Source: Trichoplax adhaerens
Lineage: Eukaryota > Animalia > Placozoa
DNA length: 64,000 nucleotides
Assembly (NCBI RefSeq): GCF_000150275.1
Contig: NW_002060960.1
Location: 124,001 to 188,000 of the forward strand
Direction of reading: 5' to 3'
Shown here: one piece after another, positions 41,310 through 53,600 of the stretch
Layout: each line of letters opens with the position of its first letter
How positions within the stretch are numbered: the first letter of the stretch is position 1
The notes under the pieces: model-generated
The model's input: the letters and a program-made list of their open reading frames with translations, nothing else
The model's database searches: none
What the model was told of the DNA's origin: nothing
Made by a program: the position numbers and the translations under genes

Positions 41310-41530
41310 TTGCTTAGACCCAAAATACGAATATTCTAAATAAATATCTTGACTGTTAAGCCTCCGAACCAATGTCGAACTAGCCGTAGCGATGGAGACG
41401 GCAGTCGATCTGGTACTGTACGGCCGAATTACAGTGGAAAGCATTACAGTACATACTGTAGTACGGCCTGTACTGTCACAGAAAAGGATGACAGGACGTA
41501 CGGATTGTACTGGTGTTCTGTGTAGACTGA

Positions 41531-41550
41531 GTTCGGTTCGGTTCGGTTCG
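41531..41550. repeat. (GTTCG)4 microsatellite within a GC-enriched patch
   Basis: GTTCGGTTCGGTTCGGTTCG is read directly in the sequence. Confidence 0.9.
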
Positions 41551-42177
41551 ATACCTTTATAGTCTATACTTCTGTGTCCATTAGCGGCTGCAGCGCCATT
41601 TCTGCGTTTCCTTTTCGTGCACTTGCAACTAAAAATGTCTTTAGCCTTCATTCATTAGTTGTTAGTTCCTTTTCTAATTACATCACCATCAAACACCTCT
41701 ATAGTTTAAGTATTACAGTTCTTCTTATCATTATCGATATTCAATTATTTTCTGTTATTCTTTAAGGCATAACGGAAAACGAAGGAGTGGCATTCGTCAT
41801 TACAGTAAATTGATAGTAGGACAGAAATACACACTTTAGCTCAATTAAATGAAGAACAGTTTGAAATTATTTTTATGTTTTTAAGGAATACTACCAACGA
41901 AGGAGCAGCATTCGTCGTCCAATTGACAGTAGTAGTAATACAAAAACCGTACTCTTCGTCAGCCATTTTCTCATAGAACTGAAATATAGACTTTGATTCA
42001 AGTTGATGAAGAATGATTTATTTAAAAAATCATTATTTGCTTCAAAAATTGCATAATTCATATCATTCGAATCAGCATTGGATGCTTGCTATGCTAATGT
42101 ACAGCAATGTTATTTTCATATCAGCTATTTTAATAAAAGTAGAAATCAAATTTATTCCTATCCACTCGTATCTGTTT

Positions 42178-42362
42178 TTACGGCCATTCCGAAGACTGAT
42201 TTTGTCCCCTTAAGATTGGTCATGGCTAGACCTGACTCGTGGCCAATAGTAGGGCTGCAATCATTCCTAAGAATGTCCGGCCAATGTTAGGAATGATTGA
42301 GGTCTTAGCATTGGCCATAATCAATCTTAAGGGGACAAAATCAGTCTAAGTAATGGTCGTAA
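42178..42362. mobile_element. Foldback / MITE-like element with ~50-bp terminal inverted repeats
   Basis: A perfect 26-bp inverted repeat (AGACTGATTTTGTCCCCTTAAGATTG, 42193-42218 vs 42322-42347) lies inside ~50-bp imperfect arms. There is an inner perfect 13-bp inverted repeat (42258-42270 vs 42287-42299). The element is bounded by TTA...TAA and has no coding capacity. Confidence 0.7.
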
Positions 42363-42719
42363 CATATACATTTAACTCAATGATTAATGTATAAAAATCA
42401 CTTCATATGCTAGATATCGGTATAAACTACTGTGTTTGCACGTTAGTTTTAGCTACATTTTTTCCCATTTAAAGCGTTTAAAACGAAATTAAACTATCGT
42501 AGTTTCTTATGGGTGAAACTTGCCATCATGTCAAGCTGGACTTAAATTTTTGACTTGGCATGAATTCACATACACGCATGTTACTTTGCATCGAATATAT
42601 TATATTATACGCGTATACATATGGCTTAGTCCGATTTATTAATCATTTCCGAATACATAACGCTTGCAAGTCTGCCAAGGTATATGCAATACGCATAAGT
42701 TTTCAAAAATTTTAGAAAC

Positions 42720-42738
42720 GGGCAGGGGATGGGGTGGG
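42720..42738 (+). other. Canonical short-loop G-quadruplex motif
   Basis: GGG-CA-GGGG-AT-GGGG-T-GGG. Confidence 0.55.
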
Positions 42739-42760
42739 ATTGTGGCGTTCATTCCTCTTC

Positions 42761-43668
42761 AAGGCTTGACTAACACGTGGGAGTTGGAAGCAGAAAAAAG
42801 AATAAAATTCTTCCAACGACTAATTATTAATTAATTAATTATTTATACCAACGGTTGGTATTGTGATTGCAATATCCAATTATACTGTGCTGTATCATTA
42901 TAATATTTGACCTGTATATTACAGATTATAGTGCGTTGAACATGTAAGGTATCTATAGATACCTACAATAAATTCCTTCTTTATCATTCTACATGATTCA
43001 ATAGCCTTTAAACGGCGATTTCCTCGCTAAACCAACTCAAAATTATGAACGGATGAGATATAAACGACTTGCTATAATCTTACCGTTTTCATGCAGTTAC
43101 GCCACTTAGCCATTCTATCGGGCAGAAATTTAAAAACCGACTACTGATTTTATTCAACATTATTATACCTAGCACACATTTATAGAGTATCTGAAATGAC
43201 AGAATTAGATATCGACAGCATGAAGAATGAATATAGATGCTGTAGACTCAAAATGAACATTAATACTGCTATTGAATTTGGCCAGCAGAAATGGAGTTTA
43301 TCTAAGAGAGTCTGCCACTAATTATAATTACAACAAGTTTGTATCTAGGTATCGTTACCTTGGCTAAAGCTACAGATTTAACAATTCTCAACTGTTGACA
43401 GTACTGTAATGATAATATCATTAATAAATTTACATTCACAGCTTGATAAAAGCACGTATTCAGTTCAAGAAAACAACCTGATCGATGATGAATAAATATT
43501 GCAAAAGTATCATTAAAATTAGATCTTGGTACAAGTACCGTATACAATAAAAAAATAAGTAATACAATGACAAACAATTCAAATCAATGAACTAAATTTT
43601 ACTAGAACTACGTTCAAAAAAATATACATACCTATCTAACTTACTCGTATGCAATATACATGTAAGAA
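42761..43668. repeat. ~0.9-kb duplicated block, copy 2 (partner 36615-37500)
   Basis: Same colinear anchors as copy 1. It ends about 25 bp from the stop codon of the GPCR at 43695. Confidence 0.85.
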
Positions 43669-43694
43669 CGTGACGAAGAAAATCTTCACCTTAT

Positions 43695-44657
43695 TTAAGC
43701 AATTGGTGAAACTTTAGCAAAATTGCGCATGGATTCTCGAATGGTTGTTCGAATTTCGTTAGAGAGTAAAGCATAAGCAACCGGATTGACAGCAGGATAA
43801 CAAAATGCTAGATATTGGGCTATCTTCAAGGCCATGTAAAAATCATCCATTTTAAGGATGTTGCTCAAAATAAATGGATTAATGGCTATTATATAGCATA
43901 TAAAAAATGGTGACCACATGATGATATATAAAATCATAGTCATAGTTAAAGTAATCGAGACTTTACGTTGATTAAAAGAAGTCACACGATGTTCACCGCC
44001 GACCCAATTACCATCCCTATGATAATGATGATCAATCGTTCTACGTACCATCTTAAAAATGCAGGTATAACATGACACCATGACAATTATAGGAATAATA
44101 AAGATAAATACTATAACTACGTAATGGAAAGTTATTTCGTGGGATGAGGAAATTATCTGCCATGTTTGGCAATTATTCGATTGGATAGAGCGATAAAGAA
44201 ATAATGGCAATATTCCTAATAAAATAGAGAAAAACCAAATGATACCGATGATAACTATTATTGTTCGATAACCGGAATAATGGCGACGATAGCGGAATAA
44301 TTTCATCATCATTAGCCGGTCGAGACTAGCCACCATTAAATGGAGATTAATTACTGCGATTAACGTTACAGCAATAACACTGACTATCGAGCAAAATAGT
44401 AATTGTGAATGATGAGTTGGATTTGCAAAATTTGGAAAGATATAGAAAAGAGCCAATAAGATATGACCAACAAACATACTTGCCATAATGATATGGGTAC
44501 TAGTATGCAAAGATTTTCGATAAAGTATGACTAGTAGTAGACATAGATTAGTTAAGATGATAAGAATGCCAATCAAAGACCAAATAATATAGTCTAGAAA
44601 TTGATTATTAGGCAAGAATGGCGTAATCATAAACAGATTTGTTTTAGAAAAATTCAT
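43695..44657 (-). CDS. Intronless class A (rhodopsin-like) 7TM GPCR, 320 aa, paralogue of 4510-5466
   Basis: N-terminal NFS sequon, IIWSLIG (shared with the first GPCR), TM1 Asn, FCS, AVINLHLMVASLDRL, TM4 Trp, ECL2 Cys, FIIP, MWSP and YPAVNPVAY (NPxxY). Confidence 0.92.
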   Translation of the reverse strand: MNFSKTNLFMITPFLPNNQFLDYIIWSLIGILIILTNLCLLLVILYRKSLHTSTHIIMASMFVGHILLALFYIFPNFANPTHHSQLLFCSIVSVIAVTLIAVINLHLMVASLDRLMMMKLFRYRRHYSGYRTIIVIIGIIWFFSILLGILPLFLYRSIQSNNCQTWQIISSSHEITFHYVVIVFIFIIPIIVMVSCYTCIFKMVRRTIDHHYHRDGNWVGGEHRVTSFNQRKVSITLTMTMILYIIMWSPFFICYIIAINPFILSNILKMDDFYMALKIAQYLAFCYPAVNPVAYALLSNEIRTTIRESMRNFAKVSPIA

Positions 44658-47600
44658 ACCGGTACTGACAGAAGTAGCAACGCTGGATAGTGCAATTTAA
44701 GCCATCGTTGTCTATGTACCTTATTTTCCTTCAATGATTAAAAAATACTTGACCTTAATTCCTAAATTAATTTAGATCTACAATGATATAGCAGTTTTAA
44801 TTTTGATGAAGTAAATAATCTTGATTGACCTAAAGAGTAAAATAAAATTTTAGAGTATAGAGTGTGTTAGAAATAGTCAGATACAAATCTTGGATTAAAC
44901 CATACAATACTAATACCGTCTTAATTTTAACAGGAATCCAGTAAGAATTAATATATTATTACCTCATCCCTATAGATTTTGTAATATTTAGATAGTATCT
45001 AAGCCATGCTTTATCTCTTAATATCATTTAAGACTACATTTTACTTTTTTTAATTAACTTTCGAATTGGAGACTCCGATGCATCAATCTTAAACTTAAAT
45101 CATTTAGCGACAACCTCCCCAGGCTGTAATTAAAAGCTTGGCAGTAAGTATAATCTACAACTGCTAGAATACTGTGCTCAGATAATAGAGGAAGCAGCAC
45201 CAAATAAATTTCTTTCAAGTCAGCACAAAGCATTTTATTTTTTGAAGTGTACCTTATGATGTTGGAATAAGTTAAGATTAATAGATAATCAATTTCAAAA
45301 TAGTGCTTAATCATTCAAATATTGATCAAGGCTATGAATAAGAGTATTCTCCCCCAAAAATACGTTCTTTAAAAAAATAAGCAGAATCTATTCCTAAAGT
45401 AAATCTATCTCATTGTATTTCTTGATCGATAATTATTCTCAATTAAATCCTGCTGGTTTATACTCCCTACTGATAAAAAACCCTAAGCACTACAAGGAAT
45501 TCTGATATTTTTGCTTAGCAATTTTGTCGTTTAATTATATTGAATAACCTAATTTATGTTTAATGAATGCTTGTCAGAAACTATTATAATTATCAATAGC
45601 GAAATTATTAATACGTTTATCACGGTCAATAGAATGCTAACTGCAATGCAATGCATATAAAAGAAGCATGTTAAAGAATAGATATGCGCGTAGATGCCTA
45701 GCAATGATACATACAGTATAGACAATTATTAAAATAGCAGCATTACACAAAGATCATGGATAAAGATATTATCAATTCTTGATAATAGCTATTTAAATAA
45801 CAATAAAGGCACTGTAGCGTTCCAAAATTAATTCTTGAAACTAGATCGATTTATGTGCATTTAAATATTTACTTGGAGACATTGATTAAAAGATAAGTCT
45901 ATAAAAATCGCGTAAATTTCTTGCTCAACTATTGATATTGATAACAGCATATACCGTGCTTGACAAAGTATGAGATATTACAGACAGCCCATAGCTCTAC
46001 ACAATTTCGAATTAAAGTATATATGGTAAACCATCATGAATATAATAATCTACAAGTGACATGTCGCAAAGTTCTAGAAAGAATTAAAAGTGTAGTGAAG
46101 TGCTTCCAAAATAAGAAAGAGATCCATTGCAAACGTCTTGCAACTTATGAAGCCGTAATAAGCCCTTAACTATAAAATTATAATCATTTCTCCTTTCAGC
46201 CATACATGCTAATTTTTACCATAACAAAAGCAAAAGAAATCATTTAACACAAAGATCTAATGACAACTTTTGTGCTTTAATCAATAATAAATTTACAGCT
46301 AATTTTTACTCTATTCCTGATCCAGATCTATTATCTAAATTCAAAAGACGAAGTTCTATTTTAAATTGATGAAAGACACTTGAAAAAATTAATTTTAAGC
46401 GTATTCATACTGTATGTGATTCTATTTGTCACAACTATTGTAGCCTAGTATAGGTACTACCTAAATAGAATTGAAACTTGATACATTTATTCAGTGTTAA
46501 TGAACTATTAATAACCAACGACGTTAGCATTTTTTATAAAATATCTAGATGTTAATACTATCGACAACAACTTTGCATAATTCCAATCGTACTGTAATTA
46601 ATGTTAATAATTGCAGATTCGTGGTGATGGATTATCTTTAATCCAATAATATCATAACTTATACTACAAGTATAGTGGTTTATATCGCTTGCGAAAGGAA
46701 ATATCTATTTTTGAATATTGCCATTGATTACTTGATCGTTTTTTACACCTGGGATAATGCCCACCCTTATTTCAAGTACATGTGAGAGAATTGGCTGGAC
46801 AAGCAGGCATATTAAAAATGTAGACAGTCCTTTAGTAAGGTCAAACAATAAGATTTAAAACATTATGTTGTAAAATGTATGGATTAAAAAAAGTTTTTAG
46901 AAACAATTAGATATAGATATAAAATTGATCAAGAAATTAAATTTTGAAAGACAATTCTCGATTGATTTTCGCGTACATAACTTCATGGCTGATTATTACA
47001 TTATTAAACACGCAATATTCACCTTCTAATAGCAATAATAATTTATTAGCTATAGCTATCACAATTCCTAATTGAAAGCTCAAAATTTAACACATAGAGA
47101 CATTTTACTCATCTAACACTAGTAGAGCAAGTTAATAATACAGAATATAGAATCATTAATCAAACAAATAGAAATTAAAAAAGAAGTTAAATTGAATTGA
47201 AATTAAACTAATTCAAATGTATGCCGAATGACTTTGCTTATTTATATTACTATACTCTATCCTAAAAGAAGAATCTTTGTTCTTCTCTTACCCAATTAAC
47301 TCCTAATACGATGCGATAAGAGTGATATAACTTATTTATTACAGAGTTTTCTATGATGTTAAATTTGTGAAAATTAATATCGTTATCTTTAATCTACAAG
47401 TACCTATTTCATCGTACGTATTCCAATTCTAGAATTATTTATTTCAGTCTAAATAACTTTAAAGATCTAATTACTCTTTAAATTAATAATGATATCCAAA
47501 ATAATTATTAGGGATTACTTGTTAAAACCTCCACTAATGTAGAATTATAAAATAAGTATCTAAAATGATTCAGTCTCAGTTGTAACGATATCGAGCAAAG

Positions 47601-50600
47601 CAATACAAATGTTAATTATACGTTATAAAAATAATAATACGGGAAGAGTGATTAATAGAGTCTATAGATCATGCCAAAATCAGATACGGAATTCTTGAAA
47701 TATTATCAAATTAGTAATTTAGTACTTTAAATCCTTCTACCTGACATCTATCGCTAATTGCAGATTTATCTTTCGATTTAGGAATACAAATTTATGTTTT
47801 CGGAAAATAAAATCAAGAGTTTTTATCACTATTAATTTTGAACACCGAATTATAAATACAATAGAACTTAAAAGCAAAGGATTGATAAGGAAGTAGAAAA
47901 CTGAAACTAGTAATCGCTATTAAATTGATTTACTTTCTGGTTTCATACTCAAGTTGATAAAAGTTCTTGTGAATTCTGTCGTAGCCATATTATCAAAATA
48001 TTAAAAAATCTGACGATATTCACTCATGATTCGATTTTAAAATCTTCAGAAATGGTTGCAAAAACCGAATCTCGAAAGATAATTACTTTGCTGCTCATCT
48101 ATCAAATTAATGTATGTAAACTACCAACAACAGTTGTACAATAATTCTACTACTCCAGCATGATCGTTATTTTGTTTCTAAAGCAAGATTTAATATAAGT
48201 TAATCAGCCGTGTTTATACTTTACCTTACACATTTTCTACGCAAGAAAAAATAAAGAGTTGGATATTGCTGGGTGAAAATTTACGTGAATGTATTTTCTC
48301 TCCAAAAAATTTAATCGCTTTTTCAGATTCCAAGATTACTTATCATTTAAGCTTTCAGTCGGCTACAAGTAAGAATTAAATAAAATCAATGCTGCTTCCA
48401 CTATTAATTTAACAGTTTATTGATAGATATTTTAATAGAAAGCTATTTTTAGTGATTTATAAGAGAGTAAATGATTATTTGTTAATGCTACCGTAAACAA
48501 TTTAAAAGAGTTGCTGTAGGATATGAGCTATTGTTCTTTCATTAGAAGAGTTAACTGCTTGATTAGACATAACATTCAAGAGCATGCATTTTATTTTCAA
48601 CTGATTAATTGTACTATGCTTGCACAAATAAAATTATAATGAGAAAGAAAAAAATCTAACTTCCAATCCTGACTGAATGCAATTTCTCACCGGCAGAAAT
48701 CACCGTTGTTCCGTACACTCGTAATAGAAAAAAGTAGAAAACATAGTAAATAGATTATTAATAACTTTGAAAAATATTCCTGCAGGATGATACTCTTTAT
48801 AGATATTTCTGTTAATTAATCATTGTAGAATAACACTAATAACTCTTTCTATTAATAAAGATTACTTTTTTCTGTCCAAATTTTATTACTTCCTCATTAT
48901 AAATTTTAATTCAAGTCATAGCTACTTTATCAAGAGTAGGTGAATATTTTCATTTATTTAATGATCTTAACAGGGCTATTCGAGTAGTTCCTGATCTTAA
49001 ACAGGAAGATCATTAACACGAATTTGGCTATTTCAAATCAAATTTACTCCTAGTTCAATTAAAAATGGAAGATATGCCTGCTTGAGTCTGTTATAAAGCA
49101 AGTTGTAAAATAGTTTGATGGAGCCAGTCATTAAAACTTCCTTCTCGATAATTATTGTATTTTATATTCTGTAAAATGATGACAATCGATATTTGTATTA
49201 AAATCCTTCTATTATTATATCAAATTCTTTTTCCGTGCCATTCTAGTTTGCCTTAAAGATTATAGCCCGCGTAGTACTGTATACACTGAATCAATATAAA
49301 ATGTGGCTCTCTAAGCTAAACGCTAAATTTAACATAAATCTTTAATAAATGTTTATTAAGTATTCGATTATAGCTACAAGATTTGAAAAGTGTCTCAAAA
49401 CTATACGATAAAAAATTATTAAAAACTGTTAAGCTTTGGAATCTCTCAGCATACAACTAGATATAAGAATCATTTGCAGTTTATCTAAAATAGTCCTTTA
49501 ATCAACGTTTTTGTTAGCAAAATAATAGTATGCCTAAGCTAATTAAATAAAGCGTACTAAACATATTATAATTTTGATCGAATTTCATGGTGACACAAGG
49601 TATCTGTTATTAAGATCTTTAAATATTATATCAAAATAGACTCCAGTAGTACTGTTCTGAGGCACGGTAGAAATTCCGATTGATAGATTCCTGGAACATA
49701 CAAACTTAATTATATTAATTTTGAAAATACCAATATTAAAATTGTAGCCAAGTTGAATTACCAACTATTTTCTTGATAATACAAATGTCAAATGTGTATA
49801 TCGAATACTTCAGCTACTTCCTTAAAAATTTCATAGAATCTTCAATTATGCAAAGTCATCTTTATATTTTCATGTTAGTGACTAAGCTTTTAGTCGCCAT
49901 TATAATGGTAATTCTTACTACCATAGAAATGTCACTGTACAACATAATTATTGAAGGTAAGTTCCCAGCTAAAATAGTTACCGCTTTCATTTATGATGTT
50001 ATTGACAATTGAATGAATTATTCTTTAATTTTACTATCACAAAAAGAAAACTTTCAATCTATGATTAGTTCCATTGATGAGATAATAGTAATGTTTTTAA
50101 ATGGTCTTTTTCACTGAGTTAAAATCAAGATTTATTTAAAGAACAGAATTGTTGTTCATCTATTCAATTTACTTCAATCTTAACCCTTGAAAACATAATG
50201 TCATATCCTAAATCATTAATAACGGTTATCCGTAACTAACATAGATCAGCTAAAGTCGGCTATACAATAATGTCTACTGATCATTAAATGCTTTGCCTTA
50301 ACCATCGAATAAATCTACATCTATGGGTCTATCTATTTTCGAAGCTGAAAAGATATCAAAATTTGTATATTGCAACAGACTATTACTATTCATAGCAGTG
50401 TTTGCGATAAAGAAAAGGCTAGAAGCTGCAATTATTACTTTTGAAAATTGGAACGTATAAGTACCTTTCATTACTTATTTACTATTTCTGTTTCTTAGCA
50501 TAATCTTTAAGTCATGAAATAATATCACTTCTTAAAATAAGAATATTGCTTGTCGTCACCCTTCCAATTTGTACCATTTATTATCATCGCATAAATATCG

Positions 50601-53600
50601 TTGTTGGCTACAGCATCATATCAATAACGAAAGAATATTGTAATTTAAGATACAGTAATTTTTTACACTTCACATGAAAATATCAATAAATGATAGTAAT
50701 CGATTGTATTAGGTAATTTAAAGTGAAGGTGGAAAAGTTTACTTTACAAGTATTAGAAAATTGAACCATTGTAAAACATCGAAATTTAATGAGCTTGCTT
50801 TGGTTACAGCCATAAAATATTTCTGTTACAGCTTTATCCATTAAAATAAATTGCTTTTAATTTATATTATTAATATTGATTGTTTTTGTTAACAACAACC
50901 TATCTTTTTAGTTAAGCAATTAGTGTTGTTTATTCAAACTAGATCATTTATCTTTGTCTATTATGCTGGTTGTGCATAAAGCTGAACCTTGGATTAACAA
51001 TAGATAATTGAGAGTGTTTATCGCCTGAGCTTAAAAACGACAGCATCGGGCTGTAATTATACCATTTAAGTATAAGCAATTTGTTAATGGCGGCAGCATG
51101 TCAACTCTTGAAATGCCTAGTTACGGTATAATCTCGTAGTTAGTTCATGTTTTTGTATTATAGTGATACGATGAGGAATCTGTGAATACACTATTCTGCA
51201 AGTAAAGCAATAGCATTCGCGCTAGTAGGTGAATTTTGGTAAAATTGCTACTATTTTCCAACATAGCAAGCTGTTACGTGTAATCTTACCAATTACTGAT
51301 TCCTAAGCTTACCGTATGATGGGATGTTCATTAATTTCTAGTAACGATCAGATATCGTTTCAATTCTCAACGTAGTCTTAGGTATCGGTAGTGGTACTTT
51401 ATGGAATCGGACATAGCCGATACATAGATAATAGTATAAAACGATAGATAATTTTTAATCTAATCTAATAAGCAATGAAACAATAAGATAATTGTCTAAT
51501 ATATAATCGAGACAACAAAATTGGATTAGCGAAATACATCACCTTTGTTTGGGAGTAATTATTAAGTAACAATGGTGCAATTCATCTGACCTTGATCTCT
51601 TATTTCATCTAACTGATCCTGCTTTTAATTGATAGGAAATGTTTCAATGCAGTTTATATCCTATCTATCTAATCTTACCAAGTATTTTTATTACAATAAT
51701 TGTTTGATGGTAAATGCATTTTTTGGCGTTCTTTCATTTTTATAATTGAGACGCTACAATATAAGTGAACCTTAATAAACTTGACGCTAAACTTTTTAAG
51801 TTCATTATTACTTAGCTCAATGAATTCTCTACTGAATAATAATTCAAATGTCACATATATGAATTTATAGGCTCTACATCAGTATTGATAAAAACACTTC
51901 AAATTTGCATAAAATTTTCTCTAAATCCTGCTACAATAGATCGCGAGCATTTCATATTGGTTTAATTCCACTAATAAATCTTACCATTATTCGTATAAAA
52001 TAATACGTGTTAATTTAAACAGTATTTAAGGTAATGACTTCATTGTGATATTATTACTTTTCCCAGAATTGATCATAAGTAAGAAAATTTATGGTTATAT
52101 TAAATAGAAGTAAACATAGTTTAGAAACTTTCATATATCCGTGTTATCCTTTTATGCTAAAATAAAGGGTAAATATTGTAAACACTTAGATGCGGTAGTT
52201 ATTTCTGAAGTCACCTGTCTAATTTCCTGCTTCAAATCAATCATATTCTCTAATTTTAATTAATTTTTGTCCCAGTGTCAGATTTAGGGCACAAATAAGG
52301 AATGTAAAATAATTATGTACAAACTACAGCATCGTAAGAAGAGTATGTTTGCAAATACTAATATTGTTTACTTCCTAGAGCTAGCAGATTAAAATATTCC
52401 TATATTTTCAAAGGGTTTCCAAAATAAAACTATTCAGAATTGTTCTTGTATTTTATTTTAATACGTAATATTAAATAAGATCGCTAATTTGTATAAGTAA
52501 TTTATAAACAGTCATTGTTAAGAACGGTTCTAACCTTAAGAATAGATGCGAACAAAATAAACGAATGATGTTGCGCATGCTACTAGTAGTAGATCAACTA
52601 TAAAATAAAACGTATATAATTGCTTTCGAAAGTGATTGTCTACAGCAAATAGATTTTTTTCATAGAAATGAAATTGATTTTAATGGCATAATAAATTTCA
52701 TGTCATTTAGAAAGCAAAATAAAAAATCTTAGGGTTTTATAGAATTATCAACGGATACAAAAAGCCCAATCATGTTTTGTAGTTAAAGATATAATATTTA
52801 ATACTAAAAATGGAAATTTTGCGAGAAAAATTCTGTATTTGGCTAGACAATTGGTGCTTCACTAACATTTTGTTTTATTTTACCAAAGCTTTTCTCTTGT
52901 AATCGTAAATTGCCTTTAATGATATAATGAAAGAAAGGGAAGTGAAATTATCTATTTAAAGACTAAAGATTACCGATTATCGGTGATTAGATCTGAGTTT
53001 AATCGTATCTGTAGGAATAAAATAATCTTAATCGTGTTTTCTTCAAATAATGTTAGACACAGACTAATATTAATAGTAAGAATGCGTAAGGGAAATAGAA
53101 TAGAAAGTAGATGAAATTCTCGCAATCTATCAATATTACGTGCGCAATATTCTCGCTACTTACAAATAATATTTGCAATTTGAGTAATCACTTTTGATCT
53201 CATGAGGATTAAAACAATTGCATTCAAATGCATATAAATATATTTGAATTGCATTGAAGCTGAAGGATGATGGAATGTATTGAACCGTAAAAGCCAATAA
53301 TTAATTTGAAATCAATCTATAGAATAACAAATATTGAATTACAGGTGTACACCTTTTGATAAAAGTAGTCCTCGTAAATCGACAGTTTGTATGCTAAAAT
53401 GAACTATAGAAAAAATAATAATATGCAAAAAAATAACTAATAAGGGAAATGATAAGTTAACTTACGCCCAAATTTGAAAAACGATGAATTTAGCCACTGA
53501 GATAGCTTCAAATGGTTTGATCTCCACTAAAAATGAACTCTAAGATTATACAGGTGCTATAACAATGTATAATTGTCGGTCATTTATATTGAATAGAAAA

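Noticed and set aside
41292-41651. 119-aa minus-strand ORF
   Set aside because: It has no recognisable domain, runs through a microsatellite, and is explained by locally higher GC.
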